This document shows positions 23,921 through 37,100 of a stretch of 64,000 bases of DNA, in pieces (within the stretch, counting starts at the first letter, position 1; every line of letters begins with the position of its first letter). The stretch is taken from NCBI RefSeq assembly GCF_000150275.1, contig NW_002060943.1, positions 1,152,731-1,216,730 on the forward strand, in the 5' to 3' direction. The notes below the pieces were generated by a model, which saw only the letters and a program-made list of their open reading frames with translations, was not told where the DNA came from and made no database searches. The DNA comes from Trichoplax adhaerens (lineage: Eukaryota; Animalia; Placozoa). The translations under genes and the position numbers were made by a program.

Positions 23921-24671
23921 ATGATGAATAAGAAAGCCCCCAAATTATGACCATGGACAGACGTACAGACAGTGAGATGATAGAAAGTCTTTTCGAACTT
24001 TTTGATTGCAAGATTATGAATGATCTTGTGACTTTCACTTGAAAATCCTTCTAGAAGTGTTCAAAGCTACTTCATCTGACATTTTAACATCACCATGTGA
24101 TTAATTCATTCCATTTCACGGTAGAATACTGACCTTAGTTACATAATTAATAAGATGCTCTAATAAAACATCACCGACTAGAAAACTATCGATCAATGAA
24201 AGCGATTGTGGAGAGACATTCAAGTACATACGAAATCCCCTTCAGAAAGAACACGATTGCAATACTCTTCAATATGAAACACCAGCCGCTTTTGATACAG
24301 TAGACTATACATTGATCAAAGGACAACGCTATTGACAATAATACAATAGGATAGTGGAGTGATTGTATTCAACTTTCCTATTGTGAACAAATAAACTCAT
24401 TTTGATTGGTCCATTCCGTTGCCATTACGACGGTCAAGGATACTTGTTACTCCAGTCAGTACGTTTACTATTGATGTTATTCCTTATGACCTATTTTAGT
24501 TGCCATTTGGATAAGATTATTGAAGGATCAAAAATAAAGTCACTTGAATACATCTAAATCGATCTTAGATTAGATTAAGATAGTTAGAACAATTACTTAA
24601 TTTACTTGATAAACGCTTGCTTACCCACGGTATCATCTCATCGAAAGACGAGGAATCCATCAATCGCAACG

Positions 24672-26227
24672 ATGTTTATTAAAGTTCGCTATAGCGGTAA
24701 GATTGAGATGGCGAGTGGTAAACATAGTTGTATTCTTATAAATAGGATGCAATTATACATCAACAAAATAAAGTCTAGACAACGTTAACAATATAGAGAG
24801 GCATTTTTTTATTGATATCGTCGACGAGTATTCGACATAAGAGTAGATATCCGTCTTCAGTCTTGTATATTTTAAAATACAGTATAAAAGTAAGCATATT
24901 CTCTATCGTATCCGTCAATTTCTAGATAGCAAAGAAGTAATCGTTAATCCTAATTGCCGTGTCTTTGTATTACTTGAAAGTTTAAAGAAGACTTGTTCAC
25001 TAGAAAGTGATGGTAAGTAACGTGTTGCATGAAAATGTAGACATCTTTATTCTTCTATCCTTGATTAGTATAGCCCTCAAGTTTTATTCTATTAATATTG
25101 GCCAATTACGCTTGCTTATTGTCTATAAAATTACTTTACCTTTTATTGGTATCCTTGACTTAATGATTGATCGAATGATATTACCACAGTTACCGTCGAT
25201 TTATCTGACGAAGAGGGCAACGTAAAATTTTTAAGCGATTCTTTGAATAGCTATGCTAATGAACATCTGAATGAGCGAAGCAGCTACATCTTAATCAGAG
25301 TTCAGAGTAAGTACAAGCATATCTACCCTCATATTATTGTACAGTATGTCAATAGAGTAAGTCTTCGACAAGGCAAACAAACATTGAAGCTGGGCGACGA
25401 TAACCATCATTACTAAACGAATGACTCAATTCTCTTAAGTAACCTACTTAATAATATAATTATAGTTATGGAATGAGTAATAATTGTATTCAAATTTGGT
25501 ATCATGCTTATTAGGTAGTAGTTGTATCGCTTAGTGGCATATCGTATCATACAATTGGAATAATACAATTTGCATACACTTAAGAAAAGTCTTCTAGATT
25601 AACTTCATAGTCATAACGACTACTGTTAAGAATGAAATTTTGAAAATTATTTAGAATCATCTAATGATACCAAAAATTACGTTCCCTTGCTTATCGATGA
25701 TGAAGTAATCAATGAAGAATTCCTAGGTAAGCATTACAGTATGCCAGTATCGATAACCCTAATAGTCTTATTTTATTGATTGTTTAATTCCATCTTTAAC
25801 ATTTTATCACTTTATATCTCTTGCTTAATTACATATTGATCATAATAAGAAATTAAGTACAGTATAGGCCGGGCTAAAATAGTGATATACTGATGATGTA
25901 AGCGTTATTACAGAACTGGAGTATCACATATGGACTTAATGCTTACTCTTGTACTTATTTTGAGTAGCACGCTTGCAACCTAAAATTACCATCGAGGAAT
26001 CAGCTAGTATGCAGAGTCTTACGACTAAGGCATTAGCCCCTCAAGCTCGACGAACTAGTTGGTTTGTCGGAAAGAAATCACGTAATGGGTCAAATAAGAC
26101 GAAATCGATCAATGAAGCAAAATTGAAAACTGGCCAGGACAAAAGTACCACAGAAAAAAGATCGACATCACAAATTGGTAGGAAAATTAAATCTCCATCA
26201 AGAGAATTTAAGGCAGGTAATGCTTGA
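24672..26227 (+). CDS. C22orf15/CXorf65-family small protein
   Basis: Exons 24672-24696, 24926-25012, 25190-25306, 25655-25726 and 25968-26227 splice in phase to MFIKVRYSDSKEVIVNPNCRVFVLLESLKKTCSLESDVTVDLSDEEGNVKFL...YANEHLNERSSYILIRVQ...NYVPLL...ARLQ plus a basic tail. The MFIxV / VNxNC / DLxDExG / LxERxxYxLxRV / YxPLL pattern matches the family as recalled. Confidence 0.85.
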
Positions 26228-29200
26228 TAAATAAGGAGTGCTTGATGAGGTAAAGAGGTTGATCTCAGGTTAACAAGTAGCAATAGCTGCTTAATAATTA
26301 ATATAAATCATTGTTTCATGGCTATATTGTTAAATCGATTATGCCTATGGCTGTTAACTATCTGATATATTTTTGATATTAATATCACTGTTTATAAAAT
26401 TTACTTCATAATATTGGCGCATTAGGCGTAAATACAATAATAATCAAGGATATCAGTCCGTTTATCTTATTACAGTATCATAAGATATATGAATCATCAG
26501 ATACTCAAAAATATAAACGTTTATGATTTGAACTTAAATGATATTTAACCCAGATATTAAGATTCATCTTTTCAAGTCATTTCTTCAAGATAATACCTTT
26601 ATAATTTTGTGTCATATTTATTCCGTAGTCAAATCTATTTTGATATAATGATGTATAAATTTGATTTATGTGACTACTATCTATTTTGTATTGCAATGGT
26701 GAGTCAATCCATTTAAAGCCAATCTTGGCAAGAAGCGGTATTCATATAATGTAACGTAGTTTTAACCTAGTATTGCTTAATTTATTTATCTGCATAAAGT
26801 AAAAGCCTATAAACGTGATTTAGTCAAGTTTAAACTCCTATTTGAGAGGAGTAATCATTAAATTTAATAAGTTATTCATTTCTTTGCTTAGATTGGATTT
26901 AAGCATTAAGTTATTGATATTACTTTTGTGATAACTAGTCCTGAGGCCATCTACCATCGTCAATGTCATGTTTAAATTTCATTTTTGGCAATCGAACCCA
27001 TTTAATCGTGGGTCATAAACATGTACGATTAAAAGCCCTCAATAAATTTTATATTATATGCTCCATCATTACTCTTTATTCAGATATCTGCTACTACTGA
27101 GTTTACAATATTTGGACCCTGTGCTGTAAATACTGTTAGAGTGTTAATGGATTTTTTACATTAATTTCGTCATCAAATATAATTCGATTTTGATTTTGAT
27201 TCTTACCCAGATATCGAAATTATCAATTATAAGGTTATAACTAGCTGAACAACTTAAATTTTAGATCACAGCTTTCCATTAAAGGATAATTTGACTTGAC
27301 ATGCCTGTTAATAATTGACATTAAGCAGAAGTTTTTTAGGTCAAGCGTTATTATTATTTAATTAAAAATCCTGAGAGTTTAGTAGTTTATTTTTTGCGCC
27401 TTTTATGAGATTGTTGCAGCGAGAAAGATATGCTGGACAGATTTATAAAATTGTTGACGCTACACAGTTTTTCAATATTCTGGGCCGGCTAATGACAACC
27501 AAGTAAATTACAATAACTTTCTCTCTCACTAAATTTTTAAAGTTTTCTACGTTTTTTTAAGACTATCGTCAACGTTCAATTAACTTTACTACTTTAGATT
27601 CTATTATATATAATGGTAGCAAATGAATCATATCGGTTTTGTACCAGCATTTGCAATTCGAATACAACTAAGAGTCACAAATGTCTGATTACACACTCTT
27701 ATTATTGCTTAGTCTGTGTTAAATCCTTTATAAAAACAATTTTATTTTCAATAGCAGTTTTTAAGAACGTAAAATAGAAGGTTTGGACTAGCTATAAGTT
27801 TCTTAATTGAAATGAAAGTCTTAGAAAGAAATTTAATTTCAAGCAGATATACCCGGGCTGATTTAATCTTTTTGGGGTATTTCTGTGTAAGACTACAGGT
27901 GTAAAGTTTTCATATTCATATTCAGTACCTCATCAATGAACGAGTCGTTTAATATAAATTTTTCTAATTATTTCTGAAAGAATAAGGACAAAGTAAGAGT
28001 TGGAGTATTTTAAGTTCAATTACAAGGCTTTGCTAACGTACCCTTGAAAGAAGAACATAGATTGGCTGCAAAAACTGAGTACTGGTTTAATTCTGAATTA
28101 TTAAAGCAGACAATTAATAGTTATGAAATTAACGTCTAGCAGTTATAGTCAGCCTATACATCGGTATACTGAAGCACTGTAAGTATGTACTATATTCATA
28201 ACAAGCAATGCATACTTACAGAGCAAATAATCAATTAGTGCATGTATCATGAGATTTATGAATTTATATCAGCAATGAAGGCATGCTACTTTACAAACCA
28301 TATTTTATTATAAATCAAATTTTATTGTAAATGTGTATCCCAATTCTCTTTCGCACTAATATTCTATACGTACAGTATGAGAGTATAAGTGTCAAATGCA
28401 TTAATCGTGTAGTGAACTTATTTATATTTAATTTATCATACGAAACATACTCTATTTACTGGGTATATGCATAACCAGTAGCTAACCCTCTTTTATTTAG
28501 CTATTGCTCTTACTTGTCGGTCAACATTGCCTATAGTTATGGCATATTGATTTATAGAGATTATAGCTTTGGTACCATACATAAATTTTATTAATATACT
28601 GCGTACGATTGTATAAATATAGAACTATAGCTGTAGTGTATAATTATTGTATAAAAATACACGATTTAAGCTGCTTTTATCCTGCATATAATTACTATCC
28701 GCGTATGACTAATCGATTTCTATCTACTTAGTCAGACGTAATGACTTGTGTGGAATTATTACTAGTGATGATATCATATTTATTTTGAACTCTAATTTTT
28801 GGTAAGTGAGCGATTAGAATCAGTTTGGTCTAATTTTTTATTTATTAACTATAATTATAACCTACATCCATGGCAATCTACGTGTTAAAAAACCCATGCA
28901 ATCATTTGTGTTTTACAAAACTCATATACGCTGTAATGATTGAGTACAGTAAAGCTATTTATGACTGCATGCATATGTGTTGGATCTTAATTGGAAAATA
29001 TTTATAGGGAATACTAAGAAATTGACAAGTATCGTAAATATATTGAGAACATTTTCTAATAACTAGTTAACACTAGTATAATTAGCTACGTTCTATTGCT
29101 TATACGTTATTGTTATAAGCTATCTTAAAATGCACCTGCATATCACAATTGAGTACAAACAAGCTAAATTTTAGCCAGCTGATTTATTCTCATAATCTTA

Positions 29201-32200
29201 ACTACGTATTATTAGTTGTTAGTTATACACTTACGTTGTCATCACTAACTATTTTGATTGACAACTATACATTTGATGGAGAATAAACAGTCTAATTGTT
29301 AATATTAATTTCTGTTTGACTGAGAAAACGGCGATAATCAACCTCAAAGGTATATTACTCATTTAACTTATTATCTACTTTTAAATTGTAATAATTCTAA
29401 CAATTTATAACATAATAACTGATAGATGCATTCAATTCTTATAAAAGTTAATATTCTTTCAACAATTCCATAATTCGTGCTATTAACATTGAGTATGATC
29501 TCATCATAAGATTAAATAAGAATTAAATGCCAAGGAATTCTAAGTCAATGAGGATGCCTAATGGACATGTAATCATTATCATTTTTATCGACATAAGAAA
29601 GCGAAGATAGCTTGAAAGAACTTCTGTCCACGATAACATATTTATTTGATGTTTACGTATTTACTTATCCCGTTTTCTGAAAGACTATGACAACGACTAT
29701 GCATTACGGTTTACGTTATTGATTAATATATCAAATAACTGTTGATAACTTGCGCTACATATAGATGTGATATGGCTAAGAATCACTTCCGTTCATAATG
29801 ACATATTTAAAAAATATGATGTAGTATTGAAGTTGATACCCGCTCTATTTCCGTATAACCAGAGCAGTAACCAGCATACTACAATTTACAATATTATTGT
29901 AAATAAAAATATCAAATAGCTATGGGCTACATCGTATAAAAAGGCGTACTCGTATAGCCTTGGGAAAAGATCTATTCAGAATGACTTATTAAATTAGAGT
30001 AGTGTAGTATTCGAATATTTACTTTGCTTATTTTAGGAAGGCTACGACAATAATCCTTCTATAATATCGCCAAATTTGACCTTAAAAATGGTACCAGACA
30101 CCAATCTATAGATTGAACTATATAGAAAAGTCTATATAGCCCAGAAAAACGCTCCTTCATATTTACATATTTTATCAGGGTTACATATTATTCAGATATT
30201 TATTTACCTTATTTTCTAGTAGACTAAGACAATAGTCAAAGTGATAGCAACCACTTAATTTACTTATAGAAAAAAATGAATTGTAAATGCATGTGCTCAA
30301 GAAATTATGGATAGTTACAAGCGGGGGCGCTATAGCCAGCATAGTTGATATGTTGACGTAATTTGGAAAATAAATTTACATTACGACTAGACAAAGTCAA
30401 GAAATGATTACTCATGATTCACACTATTTGTATTTCGTGTTGCATACCCATAATTTCAGTTGTAATAACAAACTTTACTATAATACGGTATCCTCAGATA
30501 TGCAAAAACTAATATTTAAGGTATACTACGGATGTCTTCACCCTATAATATTCATGAATACAGTAGTAAAAGATCAAAGTCCGCCATTAATATGTTGTCC
30601 GTGGATATCAGCTAATTTTATAACAGTTGCCTAATCGATTGTATTAACTACATCGCCTTTATAATAATACTGTATAGATATTATCAAGACTAATTACGAT
30701 TAAGTTTGCTCTCGAGGAAGTAGTAGTTCTCAATTATATTTTTTTCTTGTACCAGTTCCTACAGTAAGAGCTGATCTTAGAGAAAAAATTGAATCATCCT
30801 GTTATACAGCGAGTACTATTTGGCTTAATAACAGCAACATTTTAACCCGTAAATCAATTTCAAATCACTTCCGCATTTATTTAACAATTTTCTTTTCGCT
30901 TGGCAACCTTACCAATAATTGCTATCCAAAAAAATTGATGATAGTCCTATAGGACTAGAAGAAAGCTGTCATCGCTAAAGGGTCCAAAATGCGGTTTAAC
31001 TGATTGTTATGCTATTTCATTCTTAATGACAAAATTATATTATGCGGTTAAGATGAATGAATAGAATTACGATATTTTAAGTGATGCAAGTAGAATATTT
31101 TTCTTACTACTACATACTGATGAGCTTTATTGATTGACGACTGGATTAATTCCATGTGGTAGCCATATGTTGCTGATTACTGAGCATTTTTGAAAAATAG
31201 TTTTATTATTGACTGTGTGCATACTTTTTATTGATGGAAACATACGATAGCAAGTAACTGATTCATCACCGATAAAACTGGAATTATAAATAGGATCCCA
31301 TTGCATTAGTTGGCTATTGATTCATTCTTCTTCTTTTATTCTGTTATTTTAAATATAGCCACGGTATAATAAGGGGAGGAGGCAATTATGATATGATCTA
31401 AATGGAAGAAATAGTACGAGAACATAGAAAAAATCGAAACAGATAGAGTGGATAGCGCTGGAAAACATCAGCTGTATTATAGAATTAATGAACTAATTGA
31501 CATTAGAATGGCAAAGCCATCCATCAATCTTTCATTATACCTCATCAATATTCAAATTATTGCATACCATAGATCAATACAACAGTAATATCCTTCAGGT
31601 GGCTTAACTCATTTCGATCCTGTTTTACAATACTTTTAATTGAATATCATTTGCATTAGTTATACAATCTCGTGAATTGGGATTGTATTAGTACTCTGCC
31701 ACTATTATTATAGTAGAACTAAGCAAACGGCCACGATCATCATTCTTGCTGGAACATTGTCTACACCCTCTATCATTCCACTGGCTACGGACAATCTATG
31801 GACAAAAATTCTTTTTCAATCATTAAATAGACTCAGATATTACCCATAGATTGCCTATACTAGTTTATCAATAGCATTATCCCTTATTTTTCCTATTATG
31901 ATTACTATGCCCTTATATTATCATTGGAATTTATGATTTTATCATAATTAATTGCCTCACAAGACATCTTGTAAGTAACAGAGAAAAAATTTTCTTTACC
32001 TACCTTGTAATTTGCATTTATTTTAGAGGATTTGAATTGATCATGTATTCATACTTGTAGAGTCAAATTTAATGCGTTCATGTCAGAAAGTAATATTAAT
32101 ACTCCTTGATAACCAGCTATTGGGAATAATTATTTAGCCTTTCGACCGGTATTTTTTTACTGCCGTTTACTGTAATAGTGATCTTCGAGAATCGTCTGCA

Positions 32201-32489
32201 TACCACGCAATATTTGCGATAAGATGATGAAATTTTTATAACTACTTTCACGTTATAGTCTTTGGTTTACAGAAGGACTATTTTGTGATTAAGATAAATT
32301 TATCTATCCTACTCTAGGGTATTAACTATTTATTCTAAAGATTTTTAAAATGATAGCAATATAGTCATAATTTCGTTCATCATTTAGAAACATTTTATTT
32401 ACTAATACAGTCATCCAGTGCCGTCGGTATTTTTGTTAGGAAGGAATGTCCTTTCATACGTGTATTCGTTTACTCTTATATTCTCATTT

Positions 32490-32915
32490 TCTTTCGCGGC
32501 TTTAATGGCAACATTTCAAAGTATCAATTTAATGGATTGGCTTATATTTTAATCCTTACCATATCAGATTAAAATTGAGTTAATGTAGCGAAAATCATTT
32601 AATTTTACTTCTTCTGCAAACCATTTAATCGAAGCTATTTAGTACTAAAATATCAATCATTTGGAAGAAGTACATCGACCGACTAAGTCATTCTTTCTTC
32701 CACCCTTTTAATAGCAACATTTCAAAATATCATTTTAGTGAATTGGTTTATGTTTTAATCCTTTTTAAAAACAGATTCGGATTGAAGTCGTGTTGTAAAA
32801 ATCATTTAACTTTTTCTATAAGCCATTCAATCACAACTGTATAGTAGTAAAATATCAATCGTTTGGAATATTTAAATCGACCGGTTAGGTTATTCTTACT
32901 TCGCCGGTTTTAATA
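32490..32915. repeat. Diverged tandem duplication, period ~206 bp
   Basis: tttaat(g/a)gcaacatttcaaa at 32501 and 32707; shared blocks ttttaatcctt, aaaatcatttaa, taaaatatcaatc.tttggaa and atcgaccg occur in register. Confidence 0.85.
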
Positions 32916-34197
32916 AAGTAGTTTAACACACTACTTCAGTATAATAGCCTACTGTATATTATTTGTAAATAACTAACTGTAGATTGCGTTATGGTCGTGA
33001 AATCAATTTTCTAATCCTAAGATTAAACTTCTAACTCATCAACAGTTAAGAAAAATACTCTTGGTCATTGTCCAAACTAAACCACTACATTACTATTTAT
33101 GCACTTTCATACAAAAAAATACTCTAGACTTCTAATTTGATGCGTTGACTACGTATTAATCCTGTTAGAGAGTAAGTTAAAACTAGTATTTGCAATTGAA
33201 ACCGTTTAACCTATGCTCCTACTGTAAATTTATTGATCTTAGATTTATGCATAGTGTCAAATCAAGTATTTCTAACGAAAAATACTCTTCAATATCCATA
33301 CTAGTCTATTAACTTATTTGCTAATTTTCAAAGCGATATACCACTAAATAATATTTTATTACATTAAGGCCATAACTTAGTCTTTTTCAACAGTATATTA
33401 AATTGGTTGTTGCAGTTGAAAGTATTTCATTTTTGTCTTTGTCCTACGATTTCAATCATATTTATACACTTAAACATCGGTATATCATCGTTCGCTAAGA
33501 AAGAATATTCCAGATCACCGTTCATGTAATCCCTAGCCTATTTTGTACGTCTTATCAATCTTAATACCAATACTTGAAAATAAGGCTTTGATCCATTGCT
33601 TTACATTTTTAACCTTCACCTATGCTAGAAGATTGGATTTTTATAGTTGAATTTGTCTAATCTTTCCCTTTATAATAGAAATCATATTCATACCTAAACT
33701 ACGACAATATCAATCATTTAATCATTAAGGATAAATATAATCATATTCGGATATCAACCATATCAATTTTGCTAACTTTTATTTCTTTGATCGTTGATTT
33801 GAAAGTAACGATTTAAAATACTTTTCTGATTGGTTGGCTTCCATTTATCCCTTCTTAACTGCAATTAAAATCAAATGAATTTATCTTTTCTACTGCATAA
33901 ATCTGTATAAACTACAAGGTCATGCCAACACCATTCGTCATAATCATTTACTTTGACATAAATAGTAGTCGATCTGTTAGCCTTTAAACTGCTCTAAATA
34001 CTTGGAATATTCATGATGTTAACTTCTTATAAAAGTACGTTGTGTTATATGAAAGATTATTTCACTCTTTTTCAATCTAATGTTCAATTTATCTTCGTGG
34101 TTTCCTTGTTAGATTTGCGACTACCGTCTTGGAAAACAAGATTGGTCAATCCCACTTTTATTTTAAGTAGATAAATTTCCTGCATCGATGTTTCAAA

Positions 34198-37100
34198 ATG
34201 AAGACAAGACAATCTTTCGAAAGGATCATGATCCTTATCACGATCTGCTTGAGCAGTGTTCAGGGTAAGTCGTTGTAGCCTATATTAGCATGCACTTACT
34301 ACCAAATAGTATGCTCTAACTTACCTGTGGCATATAAAGTGCTATAGTATTAATCAGCGAAGGGTTGCTGTTACTCCTTGAACTAATGCTGATGTTAACT
34401 AAAATTTTAACTCAAAATATTACCGATTCTATAGTATCTTGATAGTTCATAAATACTAATGAAGACTTGATACTGTAATATCTATTACATTGAGATCTTA
34501 AAAATAGCAATAGGAATGCAAAATAATTGATGATAATCTGATCTTATCATGTATGGCTTTAAATTTTCGATCATAATCTAACCTTAACCCTAAACTAAAA
34601 TACTTTCCATATGATTTCGAGATCGAATTAGGACTTACGTAGTATTAACTGTCGTAGTAAGATTTCTATAACGAATAAGCCATAAAATATTAGCACAGCA
34701 ACTCGCTAGTAGTGGTTAGAAATTATATCAAATTATCAGGAGTGATTCAATTCTATTACTAATAAGTAAGATACTGAATGAAAAATTGAACGATACGATG
34801 ACCTTAGTATCCGTTAACGCTGCCCTAATACTGAGAAGATTATTATTAGCTATATTTCCCAATCCCAAGCATCTATGAATCATACGAAATATACAGTAAA
34901 ATGCAACGTTAATTGTAATCCATTAGGGTTAAACGAGAAATCATTGAACAAAATTGTGAGATTTTATCCGATCTAAAATCATAGGAAACTAGTAATAATT
35001 TGTTCGATTACTTGAATAAAGCTAAAACAGATTTCGCAGTTATAAGGATCTGCCTCTAGTTCGTTAAATTTTCACAACTTTCATTGCAAGGACTTGCTGA
35101 ATAGTAATGCAAGGCTTATGCTCAAATTATCGATCTCGACTGCTCAATGCGTACCAAGGTTACATAATTTCGTTCTCATGTTGGAAGAGAGGGGAAATAT
35201 CAAATTACAGTATGCATCATTTAATATCTTCGTAGGATTTAGATATCGATATCTGCATATTTTGGCCCTGAGCATAACTTTTCTAATCTGTATCACCTTT
35301 CACGAGTGTCTGAAGGCAAAATTGCATCTATTTTTACTGGCCTTAATAGCATATTCAGATAATCCGTAGCATTATGCAAACCACTATAATGATTAATATT
35401 TAATGCTTTTAAAATTTAGCCATGCTTATTTTACAAGTGTTGAAGGTGTTATAGATAGTTTTAAATTGAAATATATGTGCGATATATAGCTGCTACACTA
35501 TTTAAATATGAACGCAAATTTTCGTTGGCAAATATCCTATTCTAACACAATACTGCACGGAATTTTGATCTAGCTAACTTTTGAACAATAATTTTTAGAC
35601 TTAAAAAGGCAGATTTTCATTAAAAATAGCTGTCTTTTCTGAAACTTTTCACGGTATACTTTTAGTATTAGTCATATCTGATCAATTTGATCTATTCGAA
35701 TGTCTTTAAAGAGGGTAAATTAAAGGAATATAATACGAATTATTTAGACCATGATTAAGATAGTTATAAACTTCAGTTACTATAGTCGGTGTGGGTTAGA
35801 ACTAGTGCAATTCTATTCTTGACTATTTCGGGTATCATAAATAATGCTTTAAATCTGGAATGATTTATTCTTGAAGCTGTAAATGGAAATTAGTAGTATA
35901 TTAGTTTATCTATTCCACTCTTGCCATAAGGACAGCTTTTTATTTAAAAATATACAGGCATCTATGACATTTTAGTATGGAAATCTTTATGATTGCAACA
36001 TAAGAGGAACACCTACCCAGGGTAAGATAGCAAGTTGGAATTGATGACGACATTAAATAAAAATTTAGATAGGACATACAAATTTTCTTTTAAAATTTCT
36101 TATATTATCGCCTAAGGGAATTCATTGATTGCGATTACTGTCAATTCTATTATTAGTGCTTTAGGAAAGTGCGACTGCGTTAGGATTCAACTTCCTATTT
36201 GCCTTCTAGCCTTTTCAATTTCTTGAGTTACTATTTTTCAAAGGATAATGCGTAATTTCACCTGCTTCCTTTTTATCTACACAACATTAATCTTGTAACA
36301 TAATATTTAAGCAAATTTGCCATAGTTTGCGGTTTTATGTTACTACTATATCGCATTCATTAATTAGAATGGCTAGTCTGTTGTTTGCTTACCTATCATG
36401 CCTTAATTTAATCAACAGCCTCGTGCTAAATCCGTCTATTGTCAAACTACGTACTTTGTACTTTTACGATGAAAGGATAGTTTGTTGTCGTTTACACTTA
36501 GCGTCCCTCAAAAAGGATCAACATTGTTGTGCTTGGCTAAATTATCCTAGCAAGCTCTACTTTAGTAAGCTATTTTATTCTTATAAAATTTGGATGCAAT
36601 ACATAGTAGTTAGGACCGAGAATTTCTTTCGTTACTATCAAAGTCTAGGCTAAATTTTTACTCTTAGATATTGTTACCTGGGCACTATAAAATCATTTAA
36701 AATAATATTCCTAGAAACAGAAAGAAAAGATAATCTAAATCTATAATTTCAGTTTTATTTAAAACTTACATTATCCCTTTATTTAGAGCTGTTACTGCCC
36801 ATTTAATTGTGCAAAGTTTAACATTGCAGATAAATATTTCAGTAAGATCAAACTTGAACCATCCATCATTTATTAGATTAGAGCTACTGTTTATTGCTTA
36901 TTTCCTTCAAATCTATCGTTTATAGTCCCAATCCCTTTGTAAAATTCTTTTAGTCTGTACACTATTCACTTAGTGAAAAATATTACTTAGCGTACGTCTT
37001 ACACGTGTAAATTTAATATTTTAAAAAATTCGCATTTAGATTCACAAAGAGTCCAACTTTTATTTAGTTAATACTATGGTGTTACAGTTGGATTGTTCGA

